Below, piece by piece: positions 44,178-47,553 of a DNA stretch of 47,553 nt. The notes under the pieces were generated by a model. It was not told the DNA's origin and did not search any database. It saw nothing but the letters and a program-made list of their open reading frames with translations. The translations under genes were made by a program, and so were the position numbers. Numbering within the stretch: position 1 is the stretch's first letter; every line of letters starts with the position of its first letter. Where the stretch lies: NCBI GenBank assembly GCA_964448275.1, contig CAYUWI010000002.1:1-47553 (forward strand), read 5' to 3'. This stretch comes from an uncultured Gammaproteobacteria bacterium. Lineage in GTDB: Bacteria > Pseudomonadota > Gammaproteobacteria > Thiohalorhabdales > CAYUWI01.

Positions 44178-44927
44178 ATGAAGAGAGATCAAAACCGTAG
44201 CCCAACATCTGACTCACGACCTCACGGCACTTCTAAAAGAGTCGGTAATAAGAGAAACCGCAACGCGAAGTGGAATGCCGAAATCATGGCCGAATTTAAC
44301 CGCGGCTTTGAGGAACTCACAGATCTCGGTCCTGCGGTTGCGATCTTCGGCTCAGCACGTATCCCATCGAGCCACCCCTTTTACGGGCTAACCCAAGATA
44401 TTGCAAGTCGGCTCTCCCACGCCGGGTTCGCCGTGATCAGTGGTGGTGGTCCTGGATTAATGGAGGCGGCCAACCGAGGTGCAATGGAAGGGTCGAGCTG
44501 GAGTGTCGGTTTGAATATCCAGCTTCCTGAGGAACAAGCCTCGAATCCGTATCAACATATCAGCTTAACCTTCCATCACTTCTTTGCCCGCAAGGTCATG
44601 TTCGTCAAGTATGCATCGGCCTATGTGGTCATGCCAGGTGGTTTTGGCACCCTAGATGAGGTGATTGAGGCACTAACCCTTCAGCAGACCCTCAAGGAGC
44701 AACGACGTTTCCCAACTATCCTAGTGGTCCGGTCCTTCTGGCAGGGATTGCTGGACTGGTTCAATGAGACCCTCCTAACCTATGACACCATTAGCTCGAC
44801 CGACTTTCAACTTTTCCAGGTTCTGGATGATCCTGCCGAGGTGGTGCAAGTCATCACCACATCCTACTCCAAAGGACAACAACCAACCTCCAAGGCAGGA
44901 GAGGGACAGTCGACGGAGTTCTATTAG
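44178..44927 (+). CDS. LOG family / TIGR00730 Rossmann-fold nucleotide-binding protein
   Basis: VAIFGSAR, ISGGGPGLMEAANRGA and the PGGFGTLDEVIE motif. The basic N-terminal 36 residues may not be translated; an alternative ATG lies at 44286. Confidence 0.85.
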   Translation: MKRDQNRSPTSDSRPHGTSKRVGNKRNRNAKWNAEIMAEFNRGFEELTDLGPAVAIFGSARIPSSHPFYGLTQDIASRLSHAGFAVISGGGPGLMEAANRGAMEGSSWSVGLNIQLPEEQASNPYQHISLTFHHFFARKVMFVKYASAYVVMPGGFGTLDEVIEALTLQQTLKEQRRFPTILVVRSFWQGLLDWFNETLLTYDTISSTDFQLFQVLDDPAEVVQVITTSYSKGQQPTSKAGEGQSTEFY

Positions 44928-44969
44928 AAAAGGCTGACGCCAGCGACAGATTGGTAGGAGGGATTAGTT

Positions 44970-45332
44970 GTGATTGGCAGTATGAGGTTCGGTGCGTCTT
45001 CGAGGAGCTGGCAAACACGTGCCGTGGCGGGCATCATCCTGTTAGGGGTTATCTTGTCCTTCAATCAGCAGCCAGTCTGGGGACAAGGGAGGCAGCTTCA
45101 AGACCCTCAAATCTCACCCGATCTAGAGCCTGAAGTACAGCTCATTCAGCCCGAGGGTGGCACCATTATGGAGATCGGCATCGATGGTAGGATCTATATG
45201 GTTAAGGTAACCTTCGAGCATGCTCCATCCTATTACCTGATCGACTATAACGACGACGGCGAGTGGGATACTCCATCTTTTGGACTCGGTCCTGAATTGG
45301 TCTCGCCCCAATGGGTCCTGTTCGAGTGGTGA
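44970..45332 (+). CDS. secreted small protein, DUF2782-like
   Basis: Signal-like N-terminus (AVAGIILLGVILSF). The C-terminus (YYLIDYNDDGEWD...PQWVLFEW) and the position between polA and thrB match my memory of the pseudomonad DUF2782 gene. Confidence 0.55.
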   Translation: MIGSMRFGASSRSWQTRAVAGIILLGVILSFNQQPVWGQGRQLQDPQISPDLEPEVQLIQPEGGTIMEIGIDGRIYMVKVTFEHAPSYYLIDYNDDGEWDTPSFGLGPELVSPQWVLFEW

Positions 45333-45427
45333 GCCTTGCTCCACGGCTGGCCCCCAAGGGCCCGAATGGCTACCTTCTACCCTTTTTGGTCTTCTTTGAG
45401 TTCGAGTCCAAGACGAGCGCATACGCG

Positions 45428-46384
45428 ATGTCAGTCTACACCCATGTCTCCATGGACGAGCTCCACTCCTTCCTCGAGCCCTTCTGGGTCGGTACACCCC
45501 AGGAGTTTGTCGGGATCTGCCAGGGTGTGGAGAACACGAACTACTTCCTGACCACGGATGAGGGCGCCTATGTCCTGACCATCTTCGAGCGCGTGAATCA
45601 GAGGGATCTCCCCTTCTTCTTGAACCTTATGGCGTTCTTGGCTGATCACGGTCTACCCACACCACGCCCCATCTCAAAGGGCAATGGCGATTACATTGAA
45701 GAGCTTGCTGGTAAGCCCGCCGCCCTCGTCACTCGCCTGCCAGGAAGAATCCATTATAGCCCGGAAGTGGTGCATTGCGCTGAGGTCGGACAGACCCTGG
45801 GCCGTATGCACCGAGTCGGTCGACACTTCCACCGCTACCGGCCGAATTCCCATGGCTTTGTTTGGTGGTACCGCACGGCGACCGCTCTAGAACCTTCCCT
45901 CAAACCCGATGAGAAGCAATTGGTTCAAGATGAGCTTGCCTACCAACGCTCCCACCAGCAGGTTGCAGTCCCAAGGGGTGTCATCCACGCCGACCTATTC
46001 CACGATAACGCCTTATTTGAGGATGATATCCTCACCGGGATCTTCGACTTCTACTATGCCTGCAATGATGTCTTGCTCTACGACCTCGCCATCGTGGTCA
46101 ACGATTGGTGTAGCCAACAAGATGCAAGCCTTGATCCCCAACGCACGGCGGCTGTCCTCCACCGCTACCACAGCAAGCGCCCACTTACCCAGCTCGAAGA
46201 GTCATTGTGGCCAACCTTCTTGCGCGCTGCTGCCCTCCGATTCTGGGTTTCGCGTTTATGGGACTACCATCACCCACGAGGCGGGCAACTGATTAGCACC
46301 AAGGATCCCGACCGTTTTCGGGCTATTCTCGAATGCCGCCGAAGCTCCTCTCAAGACCACTGGGTCGGTTGGCCCGCACTCTAA
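45428..46384 (+). CDS. thrB: homoserine kinase, ThrB type (aminoglycoside-phosphotransferase fold)
   Basis: The start was moved to the ATG at 45428 (MSVYTHVSMDELHSFL). Motifs GVENTNYFL, the catalytic loop VIHADLFHDNALF, and IFDFYYACND. Length 318 aa. Confidence 0.85.
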   Translation: MSVYTHVSMDELHSFLEPFWVGTPQEFVGICQGVENTNYFLTTDEGAYVLTIFERVNQRDLPFFLNLMAFLADHGLPTPRPISKGNGDYIEELAGKPAALVTRLPGRIHYSPEVVHCAEVGQTLGRMHRVGRHFHRYRPNSHGFVWWYRTATALEPSLKPDEKQLVQDELAYQRSHQQVAVPRGVIHADLFHDNALFEDDILTGIFDFYYACNDVLLYDLAIVVNDWCSQQDASLDPQRTAAVLHRYHSKRPLTQLEESLWPTFLRAAALRFWVSRLWDYHHPRGGQLISTKDPDRFRAILECRRSSSQDHWVGWPAL

Positions 46385-46442
46385 TATAGGGTGTTCCCTT
46401 CGAGTTCACTGCATCCCAGAGAGCGATCGGTACCCTCCCGGG

Positions 46443-47553
46443 CTAGAGGTAGCGCCGAGACAACGTGCGATTCCAGGTTCGGCTGAAGATGCGACGCTCC
46501 CCCTCATAGGCGTCGAGGATAGCGTGGATTTGGAACTCGCCGCGGTCACAAGTAAGAAGGGTTCGGGTTTCGGTACGTACAGACCAGCCACCGCGAGACA
46601 GCCCGCGTGTAGTTCGTACCTCCCCATTGACTGATTCGAAGTCATCGTCCACAAAGCGATACCATTCGAGGGTCTTTTTCTGTACTGTGAGATCAATCTC
46701 TTCGATCCGCCAGGTGCCCTCGTCATTGATCACATGCAGCGTTGACTCATCCCGCGCTAGATCGCGCGTGATAAGCCAGTTCAAGTGCTCAGGTTCGAGG
46801 GGGGTAAGCTTTAGGGGGGGCGCTGTCACCGACTCCTCAAAATCGAGGAGTTGCGAGTCCTCCGTCACCCTTGGTAGACGTACGGGGAGGTGCAGTGCAC
46901 TTGTGGCAGGGTACACAGTGAGCCGCACCGGCTCCGGGGGGAGCCAGGCGAGGGGCCAATAGGAGGTGGAGATCGCCACACGCAAGCGGTGTCCAGAAGG
47001 GAAGCGCTGGGCGATATGGTTGAGCCGGACACGTACAAGCACACGCTCACCGGGTTTAAGGGAACGAGGCTGCTCATGGTCCTGCCGGTGGCAGAGGTTG
47101 AGCAATCCATAGGTGACGCGGGTCACCTTGTCATCAGGGCGGATATCCGAGAGCCGGACCGCGACCATCGCCACAGGCCGATCCGCCGCGACTTCAAGCT
47201 CGAGCTCAGGTGCCCCCAAGATCTCGACAGGTGCTTCGAGCGGTGCACTATCGAAGATGAGCGCACCACCATCTTCCTCGCGCTGGTCATAGGGCAAATC
47301 GGGGGCTCCGGTGTACGAACACCATTTACCAGCAAAGAGCCCGACGCTGATCGGGGATTGGATCGTCAAGGGCGGCGCTTCACCCCCCCCTGGTTCATCC
47401 GGGGTGAGCAACCGGCCCGGGGCAAGTTGCAGCTGCCATGTCTTGATATGGGGTGACGGCCAGGAAGGCTCGCCCACCCAGCGTCCTGGTCGGCGCCGAT
47501 ACTCGGGCTGGGGCTCGACGCTCTCAGCATCCACACACGCAGTTTCGGGCTCT
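46443..47553 (-). CDS. CocE/NonD family hydrolase, C-terminal part (5' end outside the window)
   Basis: The reading frame stays open to the window edge. The visible part resembles the beta-sandwich C-terminal domain of X-Pro dipeptidyl-peptidase/CocE proteins (VAVRLSDIRPDDKVTRVTYGLLNL..., GHRLRVAISTSYWP). Confidence 0.65.
   Translation of the reverse strand, partial: EPETACVDAESVEPQPEYRRRPGRWVGEPSWPSPHIKTWQLQLAPGRLLTPDEPGGGEAPPLTIQSPISVGLFAGKWCSYTGAPDLPYDQREEDGGALIFDSAPLEAPVEILGAPELELEVAADRPVAMVAVRLSDIRPDDKVTRVTYGLLNLCHRQDHEQPRSLKPGERVLVRVRLNHIAQRFPSGHRLRVAISTSYWPLAWLPPEPVRLTVYPATSALHLPVRLPRVTEDSQLLDFEESVTAPPLKLTPLEPEHLNWLITRDLARDESTLHVINDEGTWRIEEIDLTVQKKTLEWYRFVDDDFESVNGEVRTTRGLSRGGWSVRTETRTLLTCDRGEFQIHAILDAYEGERRIFSRTWNRTLSRRYL

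Overview
47.5-kb chromosomal window from a proteobacterium. Gene content and order look gammaproteobacterial; GC is mid-50s % by eye, not computed. It is a densely packed, mostly housekeeping, replication-origin-proximal region. In order: an FAD oxidoreductase and a frameshifted USP; NTase-pepN-yjbQ; DUF423; phoBR; gor; parAB; mnmG-mnmE-yidC-yidD-rnpA-rpmH, which is divergent from dnaN-recF-gyrB; two c-type cytochrome genes; engB; tsaC; purDH; prmA; accBC; cutA; fxsA; groESL; a Cdc48/VAT-like AAA+ ATPase; a DUF99 (EndoV-like) gene co-oriented behind polA; a LOG-family gene; DUF2782; thrB; and a truncated CocE/NonD hydrolase. No rRNA, tRNA, CRISPR array, transposase or integrase was recognised. 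All calls come from reading motifs in the supplied translations and the DNA itself; no searches were run. The main leads are these. (1) gyrB is interrupted by a 493-codon intein (Ser1, His-Asn, +1 Thr) directly before the Toprim DxD motif, and its LAGLIDADG-like motifs appear to have lost their acidic residues. (2) Two archaeal-signature genes sit tail to tail: a type II Cdc48/VAT-like AAA+ unfoldase with an insertion in its N domain, and a DUF99 EndoV-like gene 19 nt behind polA with its own RBS. An AT-rich spacer borders this pair, which makes it a candidate uncharacterised repair/remodelling module. (3) dnaA is absent from the rpmH-dnaN gap and rsmG is absent from the mnmG-parA gap, while two near-consensus parS sites are present, one of them inside recF. 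(4) A 264-bp, 100 % identical direct duplication places the same cytochrome c551-like domain in two adjacent genes, and the c4-like part of the larger gene carries a CX3CH heme motif. (5) A perfect CIRCE operator sits downstream of a sigma70-type promoter in front of groESL.
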